Source of the DNA: Thermoanaerobaculia bacterium
GTDB lineage: Bacteria; Acidobacteriota; Thermoanaerobaculia; Multivoradales; Multivoraceae
Length of the DNA: 64,000 bases
Reading direction: 5' to 3'
Assembly (NCBI GenBank): GCA_022823665.1
Contig: JAJEHN010000008.1
Coordinates: 129,847-193,846 of the forward strand
Shown here: piece by piece, positions 40,476 through 49,234 of the stretch
How the letters are laid out: every line of letters begins with the position of its first letter
Numbering within the stretch: position 1 is the stretch's first letter
The notes under the pieces: model-generated
What the model saw: the letters and a program-made list of their open reading frames with translations, nothing else
What the model was told of the DNA's origin: nothing
Databases searched by the model: none
Program-made: the position numbers and the translations under genes

Positions 40476-41768
40476 TCAATCGAGGATCGCGTCCCGAATG
40501 GCGCTCTCGAAGCCGGATGCCAGGCCCTTGCTGCCCTGCTGGACCATCAGCACCGCGGTGATCCCGTTCGCCGGGTCGGTCCAGGACACGGTGCCGAACG
40601 CTCCGCCCCAACCGAAGGCGCCCTTGCCCCGCGCGCTCTTCGCGGCAGCCGGGTCGAGCACAACGGACACGGCGTAGCCGAACCCCGAGCCGGACTCCTT
40701 GCCTCCCCGGTCGTAGAGCCCGTCGACCTGATCACTGGCCATCCGGGCGACCGACTCCGGGCTCAACAGGCGGTTTCCGAACAGCTCGCCGCCGCCGGCC
40801 AGCATCTGCTCGAAACGAAGAAAGTCCCCGGCGGTGCTGGAGAGCCCGCCGGAGGCCGAGGCGTAGCGGCTCCGCCTGCCCCAGCCTTTCGCCCTGGCGT
40901 CGAGGCCGTGGATCACGACCCGTCTGGGCTCCTTCTCCGCAGGCAGGAAGAAGTGAGTGTCGGCCATGCCGAGCGGCTCGAAGATCCTCTGGCGCAGGAA
41001 CTCGTCGTATGGAACGCCCGAGACGATCTCGATGATCCGGGCCACCACGTCGTGGCCGTAGCGCGGGCTGTAGCCCCATCGCGAGCCGGGCTGAAAGTCG
41101 AGCGGCATGGCGGCGTACAGGGGCACGCGACTCGCCAGGGTGTCGTCCGGGCCGACGTCCGGGAGCTTCGCGACCGCCGTGCCCAGGCCGTAGCTGCCCA
41201 ACCCCGAGGTGTGGGTGAGGAGGTCGTGAATCGTGATCGGCCGCTTCGCCGGCACCAGACGGTGCTCGGGCTCCTGCCCCGGCACGACGAATTCGGGAAT
41301 GACGTCCTCGTCCGCCGGCTCCTTGAGCACCGCGACCCGCATGTTCTCGAACTCCGGCAGGTACTGCGCGACGTCGTCGGCCGGATCGAAGAGGCCTTCT
41401 TCGATCATCATCATCGCCGCCACGCCGAGCACGGGCTTGGACGAGGAGGCCATCCGGAAGATCGCGTCCTTCTCCATGGGCCGGGCCCGCTCAACGTCCA
41501 TCAGGCCGTACGCCTCGAAGTGGACGACCTTCCCGCGCCGGGCGACGGCCGTCACCGCGCCCTGGATCTCGCCCGCGTCGATGTGCCGTTTCATGACGGC
41601 GTCGATCTCGCGCAGGCGCTCGCTCGACATGCCGACATCCTCGGGCGGGGCCGTCGGAATCTCCTGAGCAGGCAGCGCAGTCGCCGCGGCCGCCGCCAGC
41701 AGGACGCCGCTCACCAGCCACTGGGTGCGCCGGCGCCCTCGCCGGCATCCGGCGCGAAGCGCCGGCAT
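40476..41768 (-). CDS. beta-lactamase-fold serine hydrolase with signal peptide
   Basis: Start MPALRAGCRRGRRRTQWLVSGVLLAAAAATALPAQE (internal to the track ORF). SxxK (MASSSKPV). The first roughly 16 codons are made of repeat copy B. Confidence 0.8.
   Translation of the reverse strand: MPALRAGCRRGRRRTQWLVSGVLLAAAAATALPAQEIPTAPPEDVGMSSERLREIDAVMKRHIDAGEIQGAVTAVARRGKVVHFEAYGLMDVERARPMEKDAIFRMASSSKPVLGVAAMMMIEEGLFDPADDVAQYLPEFENMRVAVLKEPADEDVIPEFVVPGQEPEHRLVPAKRPITIHDLLTHTSGLGSYGLGTAVAKLPDVGPDDTLASRVPLYAAMPLDFQPGSRWGYSPRYGHDVVARIIEIVSGVPYDEFLRQRIFEPLGMADTHFFLPAEKEPRRVVIHGLDARAKGWGRRSRYASASGGLSSTAGDFLRFEQMLAGGGELFGNRLLSPESVARMASDQVDGLYDRGGKESGSGFGYAVSVVLDPAAAKSARGKGAFGWGGAFGTVSWTDPANGITAVLMVQQGSKGLASGFESAIRDAILD
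41720..41765 (-). repeat. 46-bp interspersed repeat, copy B (inverted relative to copy A; forms the 5' end of the serine hydrolase CDS)
   Basis: The reverse complement matches 21484-21529 with one mismatch. Confidence 0.6.
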
Positions 41769-41817
41769 CCGGGACTTCTGCCCCACCACGCAACCGGTCC
41801 TGACGAGTCTCTTCTTC

Positions 41818-42468
41818 TCAATCATCCTCCGCACCCTTTCTCAAGACGTTGTCAGTCGCCGTCTCACCTTCGCACGAAGCCGCCCAGTAGAAGTAGGTGA
41901 TCGCCTGGCGCGGCCGCTCGCTACGGTTCGCTTCCGACCAGTGCACGGTACGGGAGTTGTGGATCGTTGCGTCGCCCGGCTCGACTTCTATCGCCACCGC
42001 CCCCTCGGACTCGGCGCCGAAGCCCTCCAGGCCGACAACGCTCGGCAGGTCCTGCCGGTGGGTGCCCTTCACGTAGAAGAGACAACCGTTCTCCCGGTCC
42101 GCGCGATCCAGGGCGATCCACGCCGTCGCGCCCCTGCGCCGGTTGCCGATCGCATCGATGTGGGGCCTGATCCCCGATGTCTCGCCCGGAATCCTCTCGA
42201 AGCAGCCGGCGCTGGCCGGCTCCAGGTCGTCCTCCAGCAGCGCCGAAACCAGCTCGGCCTGCTTGCCGCGCCGGAGCTGGTCCTCGAACCAGGGATCGAT
42301 CCCGTTCAGGTTCTTGACGACGCCCGGGTACTCCTCGCTTCTCCTGACCTCGCTGAGGCATCCCGCGGCGCGGGCACGCAGTTCCTCGAGTTCCTCGGGC
42401 GAAAGAAAGCCGCGCAGGACGACGTAGCCGTCCCGGTCGAAGTCCCGCTTGAGCTGCTCCAGGCTCAT
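41818..42468 (-). CDS. phytanoyl-CoA dioxygenase (PhyH) family Fe(II)/2-oxoglutarate-dependent oxygenase
   Basis: PhyH-like HxD...H arrangement (PHIDAIGN... HNSRTVHWSEAN) and overall family resemblance. Confidence 0.7.
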   Translation of the reverse strand: MSLEQLKRDFDRDGYVVLRGFLSPEELEELRARAAGCLSEVRRSEEYPGVVKNLNGIDPWFEDQLRRGKQAELVSALLEDDLEPASAGCFERIPGETSGIRPHIDAIGNRRRGATAWIALDRADRENGCLFYVKGTHRQDLPSVVGLEGFGAESEGAVAIEVEPGDATIHNSRTVHWSEANRSERPRQAITYFYWAASCEGETATDNVLRKGAEDD

Positions 42469-43964
42469 CCGCCGCCGCCCCCGGTCGCGCCTGCCACGCG
42501 CCGCGCCTCCAGCACGGTCAGGATCTCCTCATGCCTGGCGGCGTTCAGGCGATACATCGTCATGAACAGGATGCCGACGCCGTAGATCACGAGGCAGAGC
42601 GGTCCGCTCATCACGAGCAGGCCGGTGAGGGTCCCCGCCGACACTCCCTCCGCTTCGGCGTTCTGCGGGAACCGGATCAGCTCCAGTCCGAAGCCTCCGA
42701 TCAGACCGCCGAACCCTTCCGTCGCCTTCATCGCGAACTCCCGAACCGAGAAGATCGTGCCCTCGGCCCGGCTGCCGGTCCGGAGCTCGTGGTCGTCCGC
42801 GATGTCGACCAACTGGGAGTCGACCACGATGGCCATCACCGTCACCAGGGCGTAGCCGATGAACAGCGGCCCGAACAGCAGGGGCAGCAGCAACGCCGAG
42901 TCGTTCCCCGGAAACAGGCCCGCCAGGCGCAGGACGTGAGGAAAGGCCACCAGCACGGCCGAGGTCGCGCTGCAGATGATCACCGTCGGCTTCTTGTCGA
43001 AACGGCGCGTCAGCCAGGTGGCGAGGCGCAGGGCCACGAAGATCCCGGGGATCTTGGCGAAGGCCAGGACCGAGAACTGCTCGGTCGACAGGTCGTAGAC
43101 CCAGATCCAGGTGTAGAGGCTGACCATGTCCAGCACGCCCTGTGCCGCGGCGATGGTCAGCCAGGAGACGGTCACCGACAGGAAGGACCGGTTCGCGAAG
43201 AGCTGCCGCAGCTCTCCGTAGTGGTCGCGGAACTTGAAGCGCCGGCGCGATGTCGGGTGCAGATGGGGAATCTGGTCGACCGTGCCGAAGGTCGAGCCGA
43301 GAACGGCCGCCAGCACCACGATGGAGCCGAACCCGGCCAGGATGACGTAGCGGCTCGGATCGAGAAGCCCGTTGAGGTAGTCCGGCGTGGACGGAAAGAT
43401 CGCGTTCAGAACGAGCAGGCTCAGTCCGACCGCGGCGCCCGTGGCGAAGACGTTGTACCAACCGAAGACCGAGGTCCGCTCGTGGTAGTCGTCGGTGAGC
43501 TCCGCGCCCAGCGCGTCCCGCGGGATGTTGTGAAAGGACGTGGAAATGCGGAGCAGGACCAGGAAGCCAAGCAGCCACCAGAACAGGCCGCCCTCTCCGA
43601 GTCCGGAGACGGGCTGATACAGGAAGTAGAAGGAGATCGTGAGCGGCAGGGCCGACATCAGCATCAACGGGTGACGACGCCCCCAGCGGCTCCGGAAGCG
43701 ATCCGAGATCGCCCCGACCAGCGGATCGGAAACCGCGTCGACGATGCTCGCGACCAGGTAGGCGACGCCGCAAAGAGCCGCCGGAACGCCAAGCACCTGG
43801 TTGTAGAAGATCAGGGTCGTGATCCGGCCGGCGACCACCATCCCCTCCTGGAACGCGCCGGAAGAGAAGGCCAGCTTGGTCCGCAGCGGCACGATTCGCC
43901 GACGATCGGAGCGCCGGCGGCCGGGGGAGTCGGCGGCGGTCTGAGGCTGGGTGTCGTCCGTCAT
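42465..43964 (-). CDS. MFS transporter, GPH (glycoside/cation symporter) family
   Basis: 12-TM; GPH-like N-terminal motifs (DAVSDPLVGAISDRFRSRWGRRHP). Confidence 0.8.
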   Translation of the reverse strand: MTDDTQPQTAADSPGRRRSDRRRIVPLRTKLAFSSGAFQEGMVVAGRITTLIFYNQVLGVPAALCGVAYLVASIVDAVSDPLVGAISDRFRSRWGRRHPLMLMSALPLTISFYFLYQPVSGLGEGGLFWWLLGFLVLLRISTSFHNIPRDALGAELTDDYHERTSVFGWYNVFATGAAVGLSLLVLNAIFPSTPDYLNGLLDPSRYVILAGFGSIVVLAAVLGSTFGTVDQIPHLHPTSRRRFKFRDHYGELRQLFANRSFLSVTVSWLTIAAAQGVLDMVSLYTWIWVYDLSTEQFSVLAFAKIPGIFVALRLATWLTRRFDKKPTVIICSATSAVLVAFPHVLRLAGLFPGNDSALLLPLLFGPLFIGYALVTVMAIVVDSQLVDIADDHELRTGSRAEGTIFSVREFAMKATEGFGGLIGGFGLELIRFPQNAEAEGVSAGTLTGLLVMSGPLCLVIYGVGILFMTMYRLNAARHEEILTVLEARRVAGATGGGGG

Positions 43965-44017
43965 CGCCGCGCGTCACAAACTTGGAACAGCGTACCACTT
44001 GGAGTAACTTACGGCCC

Positions 44018-44929
44018 ATGGAGTTTGGCGCCCAGCTCAGCAGCTACCGCGTGCCGTGGTCGGAGACAGAGGCCACGGTCCAGGCGATCGAGAACGGCAC
44101 CTGGAGCAGCCTGTGGTTCTCGGACCACTTCCTGCCGCCGGCCGCTCCCAACGACGAACACCTGTCGGCCCTCGAGGTGTGGACCCTGATCACCGCGGCG
44201 GCGGTGGTGACCGAGCGGGTTCGTCTCGGCACGCTCGCCTGCGGCGTGACCTACCGGAACCCGGCCCTGCTGGCGAAGATCTGCGCCAGCGTCGACCACA
44301 TCAGCGGCGGGCGGATGGAACTGGGGATCGGCGCCGCCTGGTTCGAGCGCGAACACCAGGCCTACGGCTGGGACTTCCCCACCCTGCGCGAGCGCTCCGA
44401 CCGTCTGGAGGAGGCGGCGCAGCTCATCCGCCTGCTGTTCACCGCGGAAGAGGGCGAGAAGGTCACCTTCGAGGGCAAGCACTACCGCCTGGACGAGGCG
44501 CCGCTCGTGCCGGGCTCGACCAACAAGCCTCATATCCCGATCCTGATCGGCGGCAACGGCGAGAAGCGGACGCTCCGCACCTGCGCCCGCTACGGCGACA
44601 TCAGCAACCTGGACTTCTGGCACCCGGCCGGGGTCGACGTCTTCAGGCACAAGCAGACCGTCCTCGACCGCCACTGCGAGGATGCCGACCGCGATCCGGC
44701 GGAGATCAAGAGAACGGTCGGCCTGCCCTTCCGGCTCTTCGCGAACGACGAGGAAGCCGCGAAGTCGCCGGGCCAGCCCTGGTACTGCTGGGGCACCGCT
44801 TCCTACGTGCAGGACCTGCTCCAGCAGTACGTCGAAGCCGGCGCCGAGGAGATCGTCCTCTGCGGCGTCGGCAACCGGCCGGAGGCCTGGCAGCAAATCG
44901 ACGAAGAGATCCTCGCGGCGTTCCGGTGA
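44018..44929 (+). CDS. LLM-class (luciferase-like) flavin/F420-dependent oxidoreductase
   Basis: MEFGAQLSSY... typical LLM N-terminus and TIM-barrel motifs (GGRMELGIGAAWFEREH). The track start at 43982 adds 12 aa. Confidence 0.8.
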   Translation: MEFGAQLSSYRVPWSETEATVQAIENGTWSSLWFSDHFLPPAAPNDEHLSALEVWTLITAAAVVTERVRLGTLACGVTYRNPALLAKICASVDHISGGRMELGIGAAWFEREHQAYGWDFPTLRERSDRLEEAAQLIRLLFTAEEGEKVTFEGKHYRLDEAPLVPGSTNKPHIPILIGGNGEKRTLRTCARYGDISNLDFWHPAGVDVFRHKQTVLDRHCEDADRDPAEIKRTVGLPFRLFANDEEAAKSPGQPWYCWGTASYVQDLLQQYVEAGAEEIVLCGVGNRPEAWQQIDEEILAAFR

Positions 44930-44978
44930 GGGCTACAATCGCCGCGTCCACGGACTCGCACCGCCCAAGGAGAAACCC

Positions 44979-46337
44979 ATGAAGTCCCGCCTCCCCCTCC
45001 TCGCTCTCGCCCTAGCCTTCCTCGCGGACGCCGCCCTCGCCGCGCCGCCCGCCAACAACGCGGCGGACCCCTCCGAAGTGACCTGGGCGGACCACGTAGC
45101 GCCCATCCTCCACGAGAACTGCGTGAGCTGTCATCGGCCCGGCCAGACCGCGCCGATGTCGCTCCTGACCTACGGCGAGACCCGCCCCTGGGCGAAGTCG
45201 ATCCGTAGGGTCACGAGCGAGCGCACGATGCCGCCCTGGTTCGCCAACCCGGAGCACGGCGAGTTCGTGGAGGACCCGAGCCTCACCGACGCCGAGATCG
45301 AGACCCTGACCAACTGGGTGGCCGCGGGCGCGCCGGCCGGCGACCTCTCGCAGACGCCGGAGCCCCCCACCTTCAGTTCGGAGTGGAAGCTCGGACAGCC
45401 GGACATGGTCTACACGGCGCCGGCGTTCCACGTCTCCGATGACATCGAGGATCACTACGAGTGGCTCCAGGTGGACAACCCGGTCGACGAAGAGCGCTGG
45501 ATCCGGGCGATCGAGATCCACCCCGGATTCGTCGAGGCCGTGCACCACCAGTTGACCTATCTCGCGCCGCCCGACGCCACCCTCGCGGGCGTACAGAGCC
45601 GGACCGGAACCCTGGACCTCACCTTCGTCGGCGGCTGGGGGCCGGGCGTGGCGCCGCTCCAGTTCGCGGAAGGACACGGAATGCGCCTGCCGCCGAACAG
45701 CACCGTTTTCTTCCAGATGCATTACCACAAGACTCCGGGCCCGGGGACCGGCGGCACCGACCAGACGACGATGGGCCTCTATTTCCACGACGAGAAGCCC
45801 GAGAACGTGGTGGAAACGCTGTGGCTGGTCGACCCGACCCTCAACATCCCGGCGGGCGAGAGCGACTACCACTCCTGGTCGGCGTTCACCACGGAACACG
45901 AAGCCGTCCTCTTCGACTTCACGCCCCACATGCACCTGCGGGGCAAGTCGATGACGTTCACCGCCGAGTACCCGGACGGCCGCAAGGAAGTCCTGCTCGA
46001 CGTGCCGAACTACGACTTCAACTGGCAGCTCACGTACACGCCGACGGCGCCCAGGGTGATCCCGGCCGGAACGACGATTCGCGTCGACGCGAAGTTCGAC
46101 AACTCGGCCGACAACCTGGCGAACCCCGATCCGACGTCGAACGTGACCTGGGGCGAGGCGACGACCGACGAGATGATGGTCGGCTTCATCCACTACACGT
46201 TCAGCGACAAGACCCAGCAGACCGACATGCCCACGTTCATCGTGCCCGAGCAGTTGAGGCAGCAGATGGAGATGCTGCGCGAGTTCCGGCGCAAGCAGAG
46301 GGAAGCCGCAGCGGCAGCCGAAACCAGCGGCGGCTGA
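44979..46337 (+). CDS. secreted fusion protein: Planctomycete-type cytochrome c (PSCyt1, CxxCH) domain + copper type II ascorbate-dependent (PHM/DBH-like) monooxygenase-like domain
   Basis: AAGGAG RBS before ATG 44979; signal peptide; haem motif CVSCH within an ADHVAPILHENCVSCHRPG PSCyt1-like segment. Downstream HH...H and HMH...M spacing resembles the CuH/CuM sites of PHM. Confidence 0.7.
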   Translation: MKSRLPLLALALAFLADAALAAPPANNAADPSEVTWADHVAPILHENCVSCHRPGQTAPMSLLTYGETRPWAKSIRRVTSERTMPPWFANPEHGEFVEDPSLTDAEIETLTNWVAAGAPAGDLSQTPEPPTFSSEWKLGQPDMVYTAPAFHVSDDIEDHYEWLQVDNPVDEERWIRAIEIHPGFVEAVHHQLTYLAPPDATLAGVQSRTGTLDLTFVGGWGPGVAPLQFAEGHGMRLPPNSTVFFQMHYHKTPGPGTGGTDQTTMGLYFHDEKPENVVETLWLVDPTLNIPAGESDYHSWSAFTTEHEAVLFDFTPHMHLRGKSMTFTAEYPDGRKEVLLDVPNYDFNWQLTYTPTAPRVIPAGTTIRVDAKFDNSADNLANPDPTSNVTWGEATTDEMMVGFIHYTFSDKTQQTDMPTFIVPEQLRQQMEMLREFRRKQREAAAAAETSGG

Positions 46338-46338
46338 T

Positions 46339-47073
46339 CTAGCGACCCAACACGCCGTACGTCCCGTCCAGAACGAGGCGGATCGCTACGTACAGCCCGA
46401 ACATCGGGACGACGACCCAGATCGTATTGGGCGCCCACACCCAGAGAAGTCGATCCAACCGACCGATGGCCCGGTGCCCGCCGGAGATGTAGAAGCTCAC
46501 CATGTAGAGCGAGCTGACGTAGACCCACTGCCAGAACAGCGCGACCCCGAGGATCCCCGCGACGACGGCCGGCAGGAATCCGGTGGTCATCGAAAGAAGC
46601 AGGATCATCGACGGGATCGGCGTGGCGAAGCCGTTGCCCACGTCGCAGTTGAAGCCGAACGTCCGCCGGTCCGTGTAGGCGTCGTCGTACACGCAGTAGG
46701 CAGCCCAGACATCCGCCCATGCCGTCGGCGACAGGATGCTCCCGACCGGGATCCCGGAGAACAGGAACAGGATGGCCGCCGGCCGGCCGGCCGCAGCACC
46801 GCGTTCCCGCCAGTACTCCGCCCGCTGCGCGATGTAGTCGCGCCGCAGGTACAGGCAGGCCTCCCAGTAACAGATCAGCAGGTTGATCGACAGGAAGAGG
46901 CTGAGCACGAAGTAGATCGGATCGACGCTTCCGTGCAGCCGGTAACTCGCCACGTTCCAGGCCGCGGCCTGGAGAGCGACGACAATGACGACGAAGACCG
47001 CGACCGGGATCTTCGGCCCCTTCCTGCTCCCTTGTTCACTCCCCGCCGTCCCGGCGGTCTCGCGCACATCCAT
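46339..47073 (-). CDS. hypothetical polytopic membrane protein (possible EXPERA/EBP-like 4-6 TM)
   Basis: Long ORF with several hydrophobic helices and aromatic-rich loops (CYWEACLYLRRDY). Family assignment is speculative. Confidence 0.5.
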   Translation of the reverse strand: MDVRETAGTAGSEQGSRKGPKIPVAVFVVIVVALQAAAWNVASYRLHGSVDPIYFVLSLFLSINLLICYWEACLYLRRDYIAQRAEYWRERGAAAGRPAAILFLFSGIPVGSILSPTAWADVWAAYCVYDDAYTDRRTFGFNCDVGNGFATPIPSMILLLSMTTGFLPAVVAGILGVALFWQWVYVSSLYMVSFYISGGHRAIGRLDRLLWVWAPNTIWVVVPMFGLYVAIRLVLDGTYGVLGR

Positions 47074-47079
47074 CCCCGA

Positions 47080-49185
47080 CTAGCCGGTGCTCTCGCCGGT
47101 CTCCTCGACTGCCCCGTCGTCTTCCGACCCCGGAGCCGTCTCCCACTCGTACTCGATGCCCCGGACGTGGCGTTCGAACCAGTCGATCTCCACGTTCACC
47201 TTGAACAGCTCGTGGCGGAGCTCCCGCCAGCCGTGGGGCTCCCGCGGCGCGATGTAGAGGTGGGTATCCACTCCGTTCGCCTTCAGCGCCCGGTAGAGCT
47301 CCACCGACTGGGGCGGGGGCACCCGAACGTCGTTCTCCCCCACCAGGACGAGAGTCGGAGTCGTCACCTTGTAGATGTCCCGGAGCGGCGAGTTCTCCCA
47401 GTAGACCCCGATCGGGGCGTCCTCCTGCCACGGAGTACCCCCGAACCAGGGAGTGCGGTACGTCCGCACGTCGCTCTGGCCGTACATCGAGATCCAGTTC
47501 ACCGCGCCGGCGCCTGACGACGCCGCCTTGAAGCGGTCGGTGTGGGTGATGATCTTGTTCGTCATGTGACCGCCGCCGCTCCAGCCCATCTTGGCCATGC
47601 GGTCGCCGTCCACGAGCCCAAGCTCGATCAGGTGGTCGACACCGGTCATCACGTCGAGGTGCGCCTGGTGGAAGTAGTGGCCGACCATGTCGCGCAGGAA
47701 CGGGTCGCCGTAGCCGGTGCTGCCCCGGTAGTTCGGCTTGAAGACGAAGTAGCCGCGAGCGGCCAGCACCTGGACGTAGTTGGACCAGCGGCCGAAGCCG
47801 AACTTGTCGGAGGCCGCGGGTCCGCCGTGCGTCTGCACGACCACGGGGTACCGGTTGCCCTCCTCGTATTCGAGCGGGTAGTAGAGGAGGCCTTCGACTT
47901 CGACGCCGTCCTCGCCCGGCCAGCGGATCGCTTCCTGGCGGGGCAGCATGAAGGTCTCGTCGAGGTAGTCGTAGGCCGCGGTCACCTTGCTCGGAGTCCC
48001 GCCGCCGGCCGGCATCACGTGGATGTCGCCGGCGTTCTCGCGGCGGTTGATCCCGAAGGCGTGCAGACCCGCGTCCTTCGAGTAACTCCAGGAGCCCAGC
48101 GCGTGGTCGCCCTCGGTGAGCGGCACGGGCTGAGAATCGCCGACCGCGGCGTGGAAGAGCTGGTTGCGCACCCCGGTGTTCGCGGTGAAGTAGATCGTGC
48201 CGTCAGCCGCCCAGCGGGCGCCGTTGACCTCGTGCGGCATGTCCTCGTACAGCAGGCGGTGCGCTCCGCCGGCGGCCGGCACCACGAAGATGTTGCCGTT
48301 GTAGTACGTCTCCAGATCGGCACTGGAGGTGGAGGTGAACAGAACCCACTGCCCGTCCGGCGACAGCTCGGCGCCGGACTCGGTCACCGTGTTGTCGGTG
48401 AGCTGGAGGGCGTCGCCGCCGCCGGCATCCATGAGCCAGACCTCGCCCTCGTCCCGGTTGTCGAAGAGCGGCGAAGGCGCCCGGTGGTGCGCGATCCGCG
48501 CGCCGTCCGCCGAGATCCGGAAACCGACGACCGAGAAGTCGCCCTCGGTGATCCGCTCGACGCCGCCCCGGGCGTCGCCGGTCCAGGCGACCCGGAAGAC
48601 GTGGCGCTGCTTGTAGTCCTCGTCGAAGGCGAAGACGTCGTCCTTCAGTTCGTCCTTCTTCTTCTCCTCGGGAGTCTCCGGGTCGGCAGCGACGAAGAAG
48701 ATGTGCTTCCCGTCCGGCGAGAACTCGAAGCTCTGAACGGAACTCTCGTGACTGGTCAACGGCGCGGCTTCCCCGCCTCCGTTCGGCAGAAGGTAGATCT
48801 GCGTCGTCTCCTCCTCGCCGCGATTCGCGAGGAAGGCCACGTAGTTCCCGTCCGGGGACCAGCGCGGACTACGCTCCCCCTTCTCGCCGTAGGTCAACCG
48901 AACGTCTCCCGTGCCGTCCATCCCGATCCGGCGGATGTGGGTGGTGCGGCCGTTCTTCTTCCAGTCCGTGTCGCTGCGCGTGTAGAGGAGCTGGCCGCCG
49001 TCCGGGGAGATGCGCGGACTGCCGATCCCCGGTACGTCGATCAGGTCGACGATCGTCATCGGCCGCTTGTCCTCGGCGAAGCCGGCGGACGCGACCAGGG
49101 CGGCAGCCAGGAACACAAGGGGCCGTGGCCCGGGGCTGCCGCCGCCCAGGTACCGCCTCGGGTTGTGCGTCATCGGGCGTAGCAT
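47080..49185 (-). CDS. S9 family serine peptidase (prolyl oligopeptidase/acylaminoacyl-peptidase-like) with N-terminal beta-propeller
   Basis: GWSGGG nucleophile elbow, C-terminal Asp/His, repeated SPDG propeller motifs. The start is set at MLRPMTHNP because the track start (49236) would overlap the divergent gene. Confidence 0.85.
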   Translation of the reverse strand: MLRPMTHNPRRYLGGGSPGPRPLVFLAAALVASAGFAEDKRPMTIVDLIDVPGIGSPRISPDGGQLLYTRSDTDWKKNGRTTHIRRIGMDGTGDVRLTYGEKGERSPRWSPDGNYVAFLANRGEEETTQIYLLPNGGGEAAPLTSHESSVQSFEFSPDGKHIFFVAADPETPEEKKKDELKDDVFAFDEDYKQRHVFRVAWTGDARGGVERITEGDFSVVGFRISADGARIAHHRAPSPLFDNRDEGEVWLMDAGGGDALQLTDNTVTESGAELSPDGQWVLFTSTSSADLETYYNGNIFVVPAAGGAHRLLYEDMPHEVNGARWAADGTIYFTANTGVRNQLFHAAVGDSQPVPLTEGDHALGSWSYSKDAGLHAFGINRRENAGDIHVMPAGGGTPSKVTAAYDYLDETFMLPRQEAIRWPGEDGVEVEGLLYYPLEYEEGNRYPVVVQTHGGPAASDKFGFGRWSNYVQVLAARGYFVFKPNYRGSTGYGDPFLRDMVGHYFHQAHLDVMTGVDHLIELGLVDGDRMAKMGWSGGGHMTNKIITHTDRFKAASSGAGAVNWISMYGQSDVRTYRTPWFGGTPWQEDAPIGVYWENSPLRDIYKVTTPTLVLVGENDVRVPPPQSVELYRALKANGVDTHLYIAPREPHGWRELRHELFKVNVEIDWFERHVRGIEYEWETAPGSEDDGAVEETGESTG

Positions 49186-49234
49186 CGTATCGTGCTCGGC
49201 CTTGCGATCCTGATCAGGCAGAGGAGATCGAAAC

